A stretch of DNA of 64,000 bases from Haliotis rufescens. Its lineage: Eukaryota. Position 1 is the stretch's first letter, and each line of letters begins with the position of its first letter. Of the stretch, positions 35,372-50,933 are shown piece after piece. The notes under the pieces are model-generated. The model was not told where the DNA came from. It worked only from the letters and a program-made list of their open reading frames with translations, and did not search any database. Where the stretch lies: the NCBI RefSeq assembly GCF_023055435.1, contig NW_025964334.1, positions 10,602,001-10,666,000 of the forward strand, read 5' to 3'. The position numbers and the translations under genes are program-made.

Positions 35372-36864
35372 TCATCTGGTTACACCTGACGGCTGGAAGA
35401 GAGTAAATTTGCAAAAATTAGAACCGCAGTAGAGAGTATTTAATCATGTAATATTCGAAGTTTTTTTTGCAGTCAAAATTTATCAATCACATTAAGAATC
35501 ATTTGGGTCCTTGAAATGTTTCCCAACGAAATCAATTAATTTTAGAATGCGTGTGGCCCAAGTGAGATCATGGCCAAGAGAACCTGAAGGAGAGTATGTT
35601 ACATACCTGACAGACGAGCTTCTGTGCTGGTCGTTTGTTTTGGTAGGTCCAGGCTAAATCCAGAAGGGCTGGACCATGTCCCTGATTTTGACATCTCTGG
35701 ACAAACTGCATACAGGCCGTTTGTAGGTCGGAGAATCCAAATTCCACAGATGCACAGAGTAATCCTGAAAGAGCCGAGGACGTATTGTAATGTGTTTGAT
35801 AAAATATCATCAAAAGGGTGAAGTTCATATTATGGATAATTGTCTGTGTTTCGCTCATGTGTCATCAAGATTAGTGGTATGGGGATATTTTTGTGTTGAA
35901 ATGAATATCCCATTTAAACAAATAAAGATAGTACTTACCAACCACATTGTTAAAATCGATGTTAGCTTTCCCTGAGTGGACGAATTTGAGGAACGCCCGA
36001 AAGTCTCCAATCTGGTAGTCAGGAATGCTGATGGTGAGTTTCTGTGCAAAGGCTGAGTCTTTGATCTTTTTGGTCTTTGATCGTTCCAAGGAGGAGTGTT
36101 TCTGATGTTGAAGCAAAAGCTGATATAGGTACCTAGAGAAAAGAAAGAAACAAATTAAAGACGATAGTCATACACAACTAGTAAATGGTCCAAATATTGT
36201 TCTCATGTTGAGTACATTCACAGAGTATAAGAGCCAAACAGGCTCTACTTAAACATGCACTTATTATTGTCCTGACCTTTGTAATGGATTTGATTGTTTT
36301 CGAGAATATCTTACCTGCTTCGTGTAGCCATTATGGCTTTGACTCCATGAACAGGAGCCTTCTCCTTCCCAACGAGAAAGGTGACGTCACACATATCTGG
36401 CATGTTGAGGATGAGGGAGAGGCTGTCCTGTAAGTCCCCTGTGCTTCTAAGCATCATGACGTCTCCCCGACCGGAGGACTGTGAGGGGTGAGAGCGGCCT
36501 TGTGATGGGTTGGAACTGGATTGGCTGAACGATCTTGATTTTGAGGTCGTGCTCACGCCTTCATCAGAGGAGTAGTCGCTTGAGTCATAGCCTGACGAGG
36601 TACCTTCAGCTGGAATAAGAAAAGAAATCAGTTATGAAACAATATTCAATTTGTTGCAAATGTTATTAAAGCTGAGTGGTGTTTGATGAACAGAACGGGT
36701 AGTTGAAATATACTTTGAATAAAAACAACACCAATGAATTATTATCCTGATGTGATAAAAGTGAATAGTGCAAATGTCTCACCGTCTGCGTCATGACCAC
36801 TGTGGTCAATAGTTTCCATGGCCGAAGAGGCCAGAAGACAAAGTCGGGAATCGTAATGATTCAT
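35372..36864 (-). CDS. BTB/POZ-domain protein, copy 5
   Basis: Same structure; frame intact. Confidence 0.87.
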
Positions 36865-39260
36865 GTTACTTGTTTTTAGATCTAAAAAATAATGAAAGAC
36901 AGAAATGATATTTGGCTAAACTCGACGAATCTAAAGAGCTAAGTATGTATCTCGATGTAATGTTTCCAAGAGTGGAATGCCTTCTTCCTGTAACAGAACA
37001 GCTTTATACCTTTGCGTATCACAACACAAATGACAGGGTCATTATTACAACTACATGTCACGATTAATTCAATGTTGACATGAAGGCTTCAGCTTAGCAC
37101 ATTTAGCTAGTGGCACGTGCTGCACTTGTGAATGAGATGACATCACGTGACCAATCTAGTAAGTGTTCTACGGTAATGTCGTTTGTTGTCAAAACATCGA
37201 CATAATATAATTAGGATGATAATGTGTTTCAGGTGTTTGATTATTTAAGGATTTACGATATCCGTGTTCATTTGCCGGTGTTAATTGGTATCTTGTTATA
37301 AAGCATCCATTTGTACACAAGTTAGATTTGATATGAGTGGAACTTTTAGATGCCCGTGATGTAGATGTAGTTACAGAATGTTGGTGGAATTATACACTAT
37401 CTATCTGTATAAGTATGTGAAAATTACTTGCACTTGAAATATACATGTTTAGCGTTATAGTTTCCACTGACTGAAGACAGTCATTGTGATTTCCTTATTG
37501 ATATATAATTGAACTAACATAGTTCTGTTATTGAATTGTGTATAAACATAACTGATAGTTTTTTGTTTCAATTTTCCCAAGTGCAAGGGTGACAACACAA
37601 AGTTAGAGTGTCAAATGTTGAAAGAGGGTGTTTTTTTTCTGGTGTGTGTATATGACACCCCGCTGTTTCCTTACAATTTGTGTCAGCCAAAGTCAATTCA
37701 CCGTGTCACTCTTCAGGCAAAGAGTTTGCTAAACTGAACTTTATTGTACTCGGGATTACTCGTGACACATGACCGCATGATTTGAAACTGAGCGGAGGCG
37801 CAACGATTTGTTGAGTAGAGGGCTTGGCTATAGATGATATACTCAGCGATGTGTATTTGTTTAATCATAACGGAATGTGTGATTGTACGGTTGCTGATAG
37901 ATGTTGTAGACAGGCTAGTCAAGTGGTACATGTTTGCGTTTGAATTGACTGGCAATCAAGGCAGTTTGAGAAACAAACTTGCAACATATAACTAGAACCT
38001 TTGCGCTCACTGCTTCTGCACTTATATCCCATGCTGTATAGCTTGTAATGGATTGGCATCAACATAAGACATGGGCTTGTTTGCCAATCCAGTTGGATTT
38101 CAAGAAATAACTTTGTTTCAACTACTCTTAACTAAGCATTAACATCCAGCCTAATGAAGGCTTTAACTTTCCACAGTTTCTAATTATGGTTACATGCACG
38201 CTCACAAAAAATCTTATGTGTTGTATTGTCTCATTCGAACGGGTGAAATATCAAAGTTCATTGCAATTTACATGTGAGACATACATCACACCTAATTATA
38301 TACAAATGAGCTAATGACATTAACATGCGTGTTCAAGTTCTTTTGATGAAGGAAGCTCTTTGCGCGCAGGTACAATTGGCACCAACATGTTCTTTATTTA
38401 TAAGTTTAATATGCAGTATATCATGTCAATGTGGGAGGAAAGCCGATAATGGTGCACAACTTTGGTGAAACCGATGTGCAGGGTTTATTGCTGGCAAACT
38501 GAGAAACATAATCAGAGTGGATCTAGTTTCAAACCAACAACCATAGGATTCTTGGCCATCTAAAGGACGCAAGTGTGCATTAAGAAATGCGGCGCTCTAG
38601 GCCACACCTGTCAACGTTGAAAATGAACGGAAACATATTTTGTATTGTTGAACTATTTTATTTTCTGGCAAAATCGCAATTCAGATAAAATCGCAGTTCC
38701 AGGAATGCTCAGTGTAATCTATTATATGATAATACACGTTCTTGCAGGTATTGTATCTGATTCATTGTTACAACATGAACGGTCACCTTGCGAGCAAGGT
38801 GAAAATGTTAAACTTAAACAGGTTCATATTTTCTGCCAATATTGTTTAATGAACATAGTAATGCATAACTTGTGTCGCGATGTTTACACACAAGCACACT
38901 GACACTGACAAGTAACATTAGTACAATGACACTGTTAAGTACGTGTCGGTATGCTTTGTTCCTTCACACAAACAACAACGTACAATGTGCAAGTCAAGCA
39001 TCATGTCTGACAATGCTATCGTCTTCACACAGAGAGTAGCTTGATGACTTTATCTTCGTCTTCGTCAACCCCAACCTTGTGACGCTCTAAACGTTATGGT
39101 ACTGAGCGACAGTGACTGATGTCTTCTTCTTGGCGTCGTCTTCGTCGTCTTGGACAACAGGCTTGCTGCTGTTGGTTCATCCTCTTGTTGGGGAACTGTG
39201 AGTATAGTGTGGATATTGATCCTACTGTTTGGAACCTTCTTGTAAGTTCGGTTGATCTTT

Positions 39261-40754
39261 TCATCTGGTTACACCTGACAGCTGGAAAAAGAGTAAATTT
39301 GCAAAAATTAGAACCGCAGTAGAGAGTATTTAATCATGTAATATTCGAAGTTTTTTTTGCAGTCAAAATTTATCAATCACATTAAGAATCATTTGGGTCC
39401 TTGAAATGTTTCCCAACGAAATCAATTAATTTTAGAATGCGTGTGGCCCAAGTGAGATCATGGCCAAGAGAACCTGAAGGAGAGTATGTTACATACCTGA
39501 CAGACGAGCTTCTGTGCTGGTCGTTTGTTTTGGTAGGTCCAGGCTAAATCCAGAAGGGCTGGACCATGTCCCTGATTTTGACATCTCTGGACAAACTGCA
39601 TACAGGCCGTTTGTAGGTCGGAGAATCCAAATTCCACAGATGCACAGAGTAATCCTGAAAGAGCCGAGGACGTATTGTAATTTGTTTGATAAAATATCAT
39701 CAAAAGGGTGAAGTTCATATTATGGATAATTGTCTGTGTTTCACTCATGTGTCATCAAGATTAGTGGTATGGGGATATTTTTGTGTTGAAATGAATATCC
39801 CATTTAAACAAATAAAGATAGTACTTACCAACCACATTGTTAAAATCGATGTTAGCTTTCCCTGAGTGGACGAATTTGAGGAACGCCCGAAAGTCTCCAA
39901 TCTGGTAGTCAGGAATGCTGATGGTGAGTTTCTGTGCAAAGGCTGAGTCTTTGATCTTTTTGGTCTTTGATCGTTCCAAGGAGGAGTGTTTCTGATGTTG
40001 AAGCAAAAGCTGATATAGGTACCTAGAGAAAAGAAAGAAACAAATTAAAGACGATAGTCATACACAACTAGTAAATGGTCCAAATATTGTTCTCATGTTG
40101 AGTACATTCACAGAGTATAAGAGCCAAACAGGCTCTACTTAAACATGCACTTATTATTGTCCTGACCTTTGTAATGGATTTGATTGTTTTCGAGAATATC
40201 TTACCTGCTTCGTGTAGCCATTATGGCTTTGACTCCATGAACAGGAGCCTTCTCCTTCCCAACGAGAAAGGTGACGTCACACATATCTGGCATGTTGAGG
40301 ATGAGGGAGAGGCTGTCCTGTAAGTCCCCTGTGCTTCTAAGCATCATGACGTCTCCCCGACCGGAGGACTGTGAGGGGTGAGAGCGGCCTTGTGATGGGT
40401 TGGAACTGGATTGGCTGAACGATCTTGATTTTGAGGTCGTGCTCACGCCTTCATCAGAGGAGTAGTCGCTTGAGTCATAGCCTGACGAGGTACCTTCAGC
40501 TGGAATAAGAAAAGAAATCAGTTATGAAACAATATTCAATTTGTTGCAAATGTTATTAAAGCTGAGTGGTGTTTGATGAACAGAACGGGTAGTTGAAATA
40601 TACTTTGAATAAAAACAACACCAATGAATTATTATCCTGATGTGATAAAAGTGAATAGTGCAAATGTCTCACCGTCTGCGTCATGACCACTGTGGTCAAT
40701 AGTTTCCATGGCCGAAGAGGCCAGAAGACAAAGTCGGGAATCGTAATGATTCAT
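39261..40754 (-). CDS. BTB/POZ-domain protein, copy 6
   Basis: Same structure; frame intact. Confidence 0.87.
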
Positions 40755-43151
40755 GTTACTTGTTTTTAGATCTAAAAAATAATGAAAGACAGAAATGATA
40801 TTTGGCTAAACTCGACGAATCTAAAGAGCTAAGTATGTATCTCGATGTAATGTTTCCAAGAGTGGAATGCCTTCTTCCTGTAACAGAACAGCTTTATACC
40901 TTTGCGTATCACAACACAAATGACAGGGTCATTATTACAACTACATGTCACGATTAATTCAATGTTGACATGAAGGCTTCAGCTTAGCACATTTAGCTAG
41001 TGGCACGTGCTGCACTTGTGAATGAGATGACATCACGTGACCAATCTAGTAAGTGTTCTACGGTAATGTCGTTTGTTGTCAAAACATCGACATAATATAA
41101 TTAGGATGATAATGTGTTTCAGGTGTTTGATTATTCAAGGATTTACGATATCCGTGTTCATTTGCCGGTGTTAATTGGTATCTTGTTATAAAGCATCCAT
41201 TTGTACACAAGTTAGATTTGATATGAGTGGAACTTTTAGATGCCCGTGATGTAGATGTAGTTACAGAATGTTGGTGGAATTATACACTATCTATCTGTAT
41301 AAATATGTGAAACTTACTTGCACTTGAAATATACATGTTTAGCGTTATAGTTTCCACTGACTGAAGACAGTCATTGTGATTTCCTTATTGATATATAATT
41401 GAACTAAAATAGTTCTGTTATTGAATTGTGTATAAACATAACTGATAGTTTTTTGTTTCAGTTTTCCCAATTGCAAGTGTGACAACACAAAGTTAGAGTG
41501 TCAAATGTTGAAAGAGAGTGTGTTTTTTTCTGGTGTGTGTATATGACACCCTGCTGTTTCCTTACAATTTGTGTCAGCCAAAGTCAATTCACCGTGTCAC
41601 TCTTCAGGCAAAGAGTTTGCTAAACTGAACTTTATTGTACTCGGGATTACTCGTGACACATGACCGCATGATTTGAAACTGAGCGGAGGCGCAACGATTT
41701 GTTGAGTAGAGGGCTTGGCTATAGATGATATACTCAGCGATGTGTATTTGTTTAATCATAACGGAATGTGTGATTGTACGGTTGCTGATAGATGTTGTAG
41801 ACAGGCTAGTCAAGTGGTACATGTTTGCGTTTGAATTGACTGGCAATCAAGGCAGTTTGAGAAACAAACTTGCAACATATAACTAGAACCTTTGCGCTCA
41901 CTGCTTCTGCACTTATATCCCATGCTGTATAGCTTGTAATGGATTGGCATCAACATAAGACATGGGCTTGTTTGCCAATCCAGTTGGATTTCAAGAAATA
42001 ACTTTGTTTCAACTACTCTTAACTAAGCATTAACATCCAGCCTAATGAAGGCTTTAACTTTCCACAGTTTCTAATTATGGTTACATGCACGCTCACAAAA
42101 AATCTTATGTGTTGTATTGTCTCATTCGAACGGGTGAAATATCAAAGTTCATTGCAATTTACATGTGAGACATACATCACACCTAATTATATACAAATGA
42201 GCTAATGACATTAACATGCGTGTTCAAGTTCTTTTGATGAAGGAAGCTCTTTGCGCGCAGGTACAATTGGCACCAACATGTTCTTTATTTATAAGTTTAA
42301 TATGCAGTATATCATGTAAATGTGGGAGGAAAGCCGATAATGGTGCACAACTTTGGTGAAACCGATGTGCAGGGTTTATTGCTGGCAAACTGAGAAACAT
42401 AATCAGAGTGGATCTAGTTTCAAACCAACAACCATAGGATTCTTGGCCATCTAAAGGACGCAAGTGTGCATTAAGAAATGCGGCGCTCTAGGCCACACCT
42501 GTCAACGTTGAAAATGAACGGAAACATATTTTGTATTGTTGAACTATTTTATTTTCTGGCAAAATCGCAATTCAGATAAAATCGCAGTTCCAGGAATGCT
42601 CAGTGTAATCTATTATATGATAATACACGTTCTTGCAGGTATTGTATCTGATTCATTGTTACAACATGAACGGTCACCTTGCGAGCAAGGTGAAAATGTT
42701 AAACTTAAACAGGTTCATATTTTCTGCCAATATTGTTTAATGAACATAGTAATGCATAACTTGTGTCGCGATGTTTACACACAAGCACACTGACACTGAC
42801 AAGTAACATTAGTACAATGACACTGTTAAGTACGTGTCGGTATGCTTTGTTCCTTCACACAAACAACAACGTACAATGTGCAAGTCAAGCATCATGTCTG
42901 ACAATGCTATCGTCTTCACACAGAGAGTAGCTTGATGACTTTATCTTCGTCTTCGTCAACCCCAACCTTGTGACGCTCTAAACGTTATGGGACTGAGCGA
43001 CAGTGACTGATGTCTTCTTCTTGGCGTCGTCTTCGTCGTCTTGGACAACAGGCTTGCTGCTGTTGGTTCATCCTCTTGTTGGGGAACTGTGAGTATAGTG
43101 TGGATATTGATCCTACTGTTTGGAACCTTCTTGTAAGTTCGGTTGATCTTT

Positions 43152-44645
43152 TCATCTGGTTACACCTGACAGCTGGAAAAAGAGTAAATTTGCAAAAATT
43201 AGAACCGCAGTAGAGAGTATTTAATCATGTAATATTCGAAGTTTTTTTTGCAGTCAAAATTTATCAATCACATTAAGAATCATTTGGGTCCTTGAAATGT
43301 TTCCCAACGAAATCAATTAATTTTAGAATGCGTGTGGCCCAAGTGAGATCATGGCCAAGAGAACCTGAAGGAGAGTATGTTACATACCTGACAGACGAGC
43401 TTCTGTGCTGGTCGTTTGTTTTGGTAGGTCCAGGCTAAATCCAGAAGGGCTGGACCATGTCCCTGATTTTGACATCTCTGGACAAACTGCATACAGGCCG
43501 TTTGTAGGTCGGAGAATCCAAATTCCACAGATGCACAGAGTAATCCTGAAAGAGCCGAGGACGTATTGTAATTTGTTTGATAAAATATCATCAAAAGGGT
43601 GAAGTTCATATTATGGATAATTGTCTGTGTTTCACTCATGTGTCATCAAGATTAGTGGTATGGGGATATTTTTGTGTTGAAATGAATATCCCATTTAAAC
43701 AAATAAAGATAGTACTTACCAACCACATTGTTAAAATCGATGTTAGCTTTCCCTGAGTGGACGAATTTGAGGAACGCCCGAAAGTCTCCAATCTGGTAGT
43801 CAGGAATGCTGATGGTGAGTTTCTGTGCAAAGGCTGAGTCTTTGATCTTTTTGGTCTTTGATCGTTCCAAGGAGGAGTGTTTCTGATGTTGAAGCAAAAG
43901 CTGATATAGGTACCTAGAGAAAAGAAAGAAAGAAATTAAAGACGATAGTCATACACAACTAGTAAATGGTCCAAATATTGTTCTCATGTTGAGTACATTC
44001 ACAGAGTATAAGAGCCAAACAGGCTCTACTTAAACATGCACTTATTATTGTCCTGACCTTTGTAATGGATTTGATTGTTTTCGAGAATATCTTACCTGCT
44101 TCGTGTAGCCATTATGGCTTTGACTCCATGAACAGGAGCCTTCTCCTTCCCAACGAGAAAGGTGACGTCACACATATCTGGCATGTTGAGGATGAGGGAG
44201 AGGCTGTCCTGTAAGTCCCCTGTGCTTCTAAGCATCATGACGTCTCCCCGACCGGAGGACTGTGAGGGGTGAGAGCGGCCTTGTGATGGGTTGGAACTGG
44301 ATTGGCTGAACGATCTTGATTTTGAGGTCGTGCTCACGCCTTCATCAGAGGAGTAGTCGCTTGAGTCATAGCCTGACGAGGTACCTTCAGCTGGAATAAG
44401 AAAAGAAATCAGTTATGAAACAATATTCAATTTGTTGCAAATGTTATTAAAGCTGAGTGGTGTTTGATGAACAGAACGGGTAGTTGAAATATACTTTGAA
44501 TAAAAACAACACCAATGAATTATTATCCTGATGTGATAAAAGTGAATAGTGCAAATGTCTCACCGTCTGCGTCATGACCACTGTGGTCAATAGTTTCCAT
44601 GGCCGAAGAGGCCAGAAGACAAAGTCGGGAATCGTAATGATTCAT
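43152..44645 (-). CDS. BTB/POZ-domain protein, copy 7
   Basis: Same structure; frame intact. Confidence 0.87.
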
Positions 44646-47042
44646 GTTACTTGTTTTTAGATCTAAATAATAATGAAAGACAGAAATGATATTTGGCTAA
44701 ACTCGACGAATCTAAAGAGCTAAGTATGTATCTCGATGTAATGTTTCCAAGAGTGGAATGCCTTCTTCCTGTAACAGAACAGCTTTATACCTTTGCGTAT
44801 CACAACACAAATGACAGGGTCATTACTACAACTACATGTCACGATTAATTCAATGTTGACATGAAGGCTTCAGCTTAGCACATTTAGCTAGTGGCACGTG
44901 CTGCACTTGTGAATGAGATGACATCACGTGACCAATCTAGTAAGTGTTCTACGTTAATGTCGTTTGTTGTCAAAACATCGACATAATATAATTAGGATGA
45001 TAATGTGTTTCAGGTGTTTGATTATTTAAGGATTTACGATATCCGTGTTCATTTGCCGGTGTTAATTGGTATCTTGTTATAAAGCATCCATTTGTACACA
45101 AGTTAGATTTGATATGAGTGGAACTTTTAGATGCCCGTGATGTAGATGTAGTTACAGAATGTTGGTGGAATTATACACTATCTATCTGTATAAATATGTG
45201 AAACTTACTTGCACTTGAAATATACATGTTTAGCGTTATAGTTTCCACTGACTGAAGACAGTCATTGTGATTTCCTTATTGATATATAATTGAACTAAAA
45301 TAGTTCTGTTATTGAATTGTGTATAAACATAACTGATAGTTTTTTGTTTCAGTTTTCCCAATTGCAAGTGTGACAACACAAAGTTAGAGTGTCAAATGTT
45401 GAAAGAGAGTGTGTTTTTTTCTGGTGTGTGTATATGACACCCTGCTGTTTCCTTACAATTTGTGTCAGCCAAAGTCAATTCACCGTGTCACTCTTCAGGC
45501 AAAGAGTTTGCTAAACTGAACTTTATTGTACTCGGGATTACTCGTGACACATGACCGCATGATTTGAAACTGAGCGGAGGCGCAACGATTTGTTGAGTAG
45601 AGGGCTTGGCTATAGATGATATACTCAGCGATGTGTATTTGTTTAATCATAACGGAATGTGTGATTGTACGGTTGCTGATAGATGTTGTAGACAGGCTAG
45701 TCAAGTGGTACATGTTTGCGTTTGAATTGACTGGCAATCAAGGCAGTTTGAGAAACAAACTTGCAACATATAACTAGAACCTTTGCGCTCACTGCATCTG
45801 CACTTATATCCCATGCTGTATAGCTTGTAATGGATTGGCATCAACATAAGACATGGGCTTGTTTGCCAATCCAGTTGGATTTCAAGAAATAACTTTGTTT
45901 CAACTACTCTTAACTAAGCATTAACATCCAGCCTAATGAAGGCTTTAGCTTTCCACAGTTTCTAATTATGGTTACATGCACGCTCACAAAAAATCTTATG
46001 TGTTGTATTGTCTCATTCGAACGGGTGAAATATCAAAGTTCATTGCAATTTACATGTGAGACATACATCACACCTAATTATATACAAATGAGCTAATGAC
46101 ATTAACATGCGTGTTCAAGTTCTTTTGATGAAGGAAGCTCTTTGCGCGCAGGTACAATTGGCACCAACATGTTCTTTATTTATAAGTTTAATATGCAGTA
46201 TATCATGTAAATGTGGGAGGAAAGCCGATAATGGTGCACAACTTTGGTGAAACCGATGTGCAGGGTTTATTGCTGGCAAACTGAGAATCATAATCAGAGT
46301 GGATCTAGTTTCAAACCAACAACCATAGGATTCTTGGCCGTCTAAAGGACGCAAGTGTGCATTAAGAAATGCGGCGCTCTAGGCCACACCTGTCAACGTT
46401 GAAAATGAACGGAAACATATTTTGTATTGTTGAACTATTTTATTTTCTGGCAAAATCGCAATTCAGATAAAATCGCAGTTCCAGGAATGCTCAGTGTAAT
46501 CTATTATATGATAATACACGTTCTTGCAGGTATTGTATCTGTTTCATTGTTACAACATGAACGGTCACCTTGCGAGCAAGGTGAAAATGTTAAACTTAAA
46601 CAGGTTCATATTTTCTGCCAATATTGTTTAATGAACATAGTAATGCATAACTTGTGTCGCGATGTTTACACACAAGCACACTGACACTGACAAGTAACAT
46701 TAGTACAATGACACTGTTAAGCACGTGTCGGTATGCTTTGTTCCTTCACATAAACAACAACGTACAATGTGCAAGTCAAGCATCATGTCTGACAATGCTA
46801 TCGTCTTCACACAGAGAGTGTCTTGATGACTTTATCTTCGTCTTCGTCAACCCCAACCTTGTGACGCTCTAAACGTTATGGGACTGAGCGACAGTGACTG
46901 ATGTCTTCTTCTTGGCGTCGTCTTCGTCGTCTTGGACAACAGGCTTGCTGCTGTTGGTTCATCCTCTTGTTGGGGAACTGTGAGTATAGTGTGGATATTG
47001 ATCCTACTGTTTGGAACCTTCTTGTAAGTTCGGTTGATCTTT

Positions 47043-48537
47043 TCATCTGGTTACACCTGACAGCTGGAAAAAGAGTAAATTTGCAAAAATTAGAACCGCA
47101 GTAGAGAGTATTTAATCATGTAATATTCGAAGTTTTTTTTGCAGTCAAAATTTATCAATCACATTAAGAATCATTTGGGTCCTTGAAATGTTTCCCAACG
47201 AAATCAATTAAATTTTAGAATGCGTGTGGCCCAAGTGAGATCATGGCCAAGAGAACCTGAAGGAGAGTATGTTACATACCTGACAGACGAGCTTCTGTGC
47301 TGGTCGTTTGTTTTGGTAGGTCCAGGCTAAATCCAGAAGGGCTGGACCATGTCCCTGATTTTGACATCTCTGGACAAACTGCATACAGGCCGTTTGTAGG
47401 TCGGAGAATCCAAATTCCACAGATGCACAGAGTAATCCTGAAAGAGCCGAGGACGTATTGTAATGTGTTTGATAAAATATCATCAAAAGGGTGAAGTTCA
47501 TATTATGGATAATTGTCTGTGTTTCGCTCATGTGTCATCAAGATTAGTGGTATGGGGATATTTTTGTGTTGAAATGAATATCCCATTTAAACAAATAAAG
47601 ATAGTACTTACCAACCACATTGTTAAAATCGATGTTAGCTTTCCCTGAGTGGACGAATTTGAGGAACGCCCGAAAGTCTCCAATCTGGTAGTCAGGAATG
47701 CTGATGGTGAGTTTCTGTGCAAAGGCTGAGTCTTTGATCTTTTTGGTCTTTGATCGTTCCAAGGAGGAGTGTTTCTGATGTTGAAGCAAAAGCTGATATA
47801 GGTACCTAGAGAAAAGAAAGAAACAAATTAAAGACGATAGTCATACACAACTAGTAAATGGTCCAAATATTGTTCTCATGTTGAGTACATTCACAGAGTA
47901 TAAGAGCCAAACAGGCTCTACTTAAACATGCACTTATTATTGTCCTGACCTTTGTAATGGATTTGATTGTTTTCGAGAATATCTTACCTGCTTCGTGTAG
48001 CCATTATGGCTTTGACTCCATGAACAGGAGCCTTCTCCTTCCCAACGAGAAAGGTGACGTCACACATATCTGGCATGTTGAGGATGAGGGAGAGGCTGTC
48101 CTGTAAGTCCCCTGTGCTTCTAAGCATCATGACGTCTCCCCGACCGGAGGACTGTGAGGGGTGAGAGCGGCCTTGTGATGGGTTGGAACTGGATTGGCTG
48201 AACGATCTTGATTTTGAGGTCGTGCTCACGCCTTCATCAGAGGAGTAGTCGCTTGAGTCATAGCCTGACGAGGTACCTTCAGCTGGAATAAGAAAAGAAA
48301 TCAGTTATGAAACAATATTCAATTTGTTGCAAATGTTATTAAAGCTGAGTGGTGTTTGATGAACAGAACGGGTAGTTGAAATATACTTTGAATAAAAACA
48401 ACACCAATGAATTATTATCCTGATGTGATAAAAGTGAATAGTGCAAATGTCTCACCGTCTGCGTCATGACCACTGTGGTCAATAGTTTCCATGGCCGAAG
48501 AGGCCAGAAGACAAAGTCGGGAATCGTAATGATTCAT
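47043..48537 (-). CDS. BTB/POZ-domain protein, copy 8
   Basis: Same structure; frame intact. Confidence 0.87.
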
Positions 48538-50933
48538 GTTACTTGTTTTTAGATCTAAAAAATAATGAAAGACAGAAATGATATTTGGCTAAACTCGACG
48601 AATCTAAAGAGCTAAGTATGTATCTCGATGTAATGTTTCCAAGAGTGGAATGCCTTCTTCCTGTAACAGAACAGCTTTATACCTTTGCGTATCACAACAC
48701 AAATGACAGGGTCATTACTACAACTACATGTCACGATTAATTCAATGTTGACATGAAGGCTTCAGCTTAGCACATTTAGCTAGTGGCACGTGCTGCACTT
48801 GTGAATGAGATGACATCACGTGACCAATCTAGTAAGTGTTCTACGTTAATGTCGTTTGTTGTCAAAACATAGACATAATATAATTAGGATGATAATGTGT
48901 TTCAGGTGTTTGATTATTTAAGGATTTACGATATCCGTGTTCATTTGCCGGTGTTAATTGGTATCTTGTTATAAAGCATCCATTTGTACACAAGTTAGAT
49001 TTGATATGAGTGGAACTTTTAGATGCCCGTGATGTAGATGTAGTTACAGAATGTTGGTGGAATTATACACTATCTATCTGTATAAGTATGTGAAAATTAC
49101 TTGCACTTGAAATATACATGTTTAGCGTTATAGTTTCCACTGACTGAAGACAGTCATTGTGATTTCCTTATTGATATATAATTGAACTAACATAGTTCTG
49201 TTATTGAATTGTGTATAAACATAACTGATAGTTTTTTGTTTCAATTTTCCCAAGTGCAAGGGTGACAACACAAAGTTAGAGTGTCAAATGTTGAAAGAGG
49301 GTGTTTTTTTTCTGGTGTGTGTATATGACACCCCGCTGTTTCCTTACAATTTGTGTCAGCCAAAGTCAATTCACCGTGTCACTCTTCAGGCAAAGAGTTT
49401 GCTAAACTGAACTTTATTGTACTCGGGATTACTCGTGACACATGACCGCATGATTTGAAACTGAGCGGAGGCGCAACGATTTGTTGAGTAGAGGGCTTGG
49501 CTATAGATGATATACTCAGCGATGTGTATTTGTTTAATCATAACGGAATGTGTGATTGTACGGTTGCTGATAGATGTTGTAGACAGGCTAGTCAAGTGGT
49601 ACATGTTTGCGTTTGAATTGACTGGCAATCAAGGCAGTTTGAGAAACAAACTTGCAACATATAACTAGAACCTTTGCGCTCACTGCTTCTGCACTTATAT
49701 CCCATGCTGTATAGCTTGTAATGGATTGGCATCAACATAAGACATGGGCTTGTTTGCCAATCCAGTTGGATTTCAAGAAATAACTTTGTTTCAACTACTC
49801 TTAACTAAGCATTAACATCCAGCCTAATGAAGGCTTTAACTTTCCACAGTTTCTAATTATGGTTACATGCACGCTCACAAAAAATCTTATGTGTTGTATT
49901 GTCTCATTCGAACGGGTGAAATATCAAAGTTCATTGCAATTTACATGTGAGACATACATCACACCTAATTATATACAAATGAGCTAATGACATTAACATG
50001 CGTGTTCAAGTTCTTTTGATGAAGGAAGCTCTTTGCGCGCAGGTACAATTGGCACCAACATGTTCTTTATTTATAAGTTTAATATGCAGTATATCATGTA
50101 AATGTGGGAGGAAAGCCGATAATGGTGCACAACTTTGGTGAAACCGATGTGCAGGGTTTATTGCTGGCAAACTGAGAATCATAATCAGAGTGGATCTAGT
50201 TTCAAACCAACAACCATAGGATTCTTGGCCATCTAAAGGACGCAAGTGTGCATTAAGAAATGCGGCGCTCTAGGCCACACCTGTCAACGTTGAAAATGAA
50301 CGGAAACATATTTTGTATTGTTGAACTATTTTATTTTCTGGCAAAATCGCAATTCAGATAAAATCGCAGTTCCTGGAATGCTCAGTGTAATCTATTATAT
50401 GATAATACACGTTCTTGCAGGTATTGTATCTGTTTCATTGTTACAACATGAACGGTCACCTTGCGAGCAAGGTGAAAATGTTAAACTTAAACAGGTTCAT
50501 ATTTTCTGCCAATATTGTTTAATGAACATAGTAATGCATAACTTGTGTCGCGATGTTTACACACAAGCACACTGACACTGACAAGTAACATTAGTACAAT
50601 GACACTGTTAAGCACGTGTCGGTATGCTTTGTTCCTTCACATAAACAACAACGTACAATGTGCAAGTCAAGCATCATGTCTGACAATGCTATCGTCTTCA
50701 CACAGAGAGTGTCTTGATGACTTTATCTTCGTCTTCGTCAACCCCAACCTTGTGACGCTCTAAACGTTATGGGACTGAGCGACAGTGACTGATGTCTTCT
50801 TCTTGGCGTCGTCTTCGTCGTCTTGGACAACAGGCTTGCTGCTGTTGGTTCATCCTCTTGTTGGGGAACTGTGAGTATAGTGTGGATATTGATCCTACTG
50901 TTTGGAACCTTCTTGTAAGTTCGGTTGATCTTT

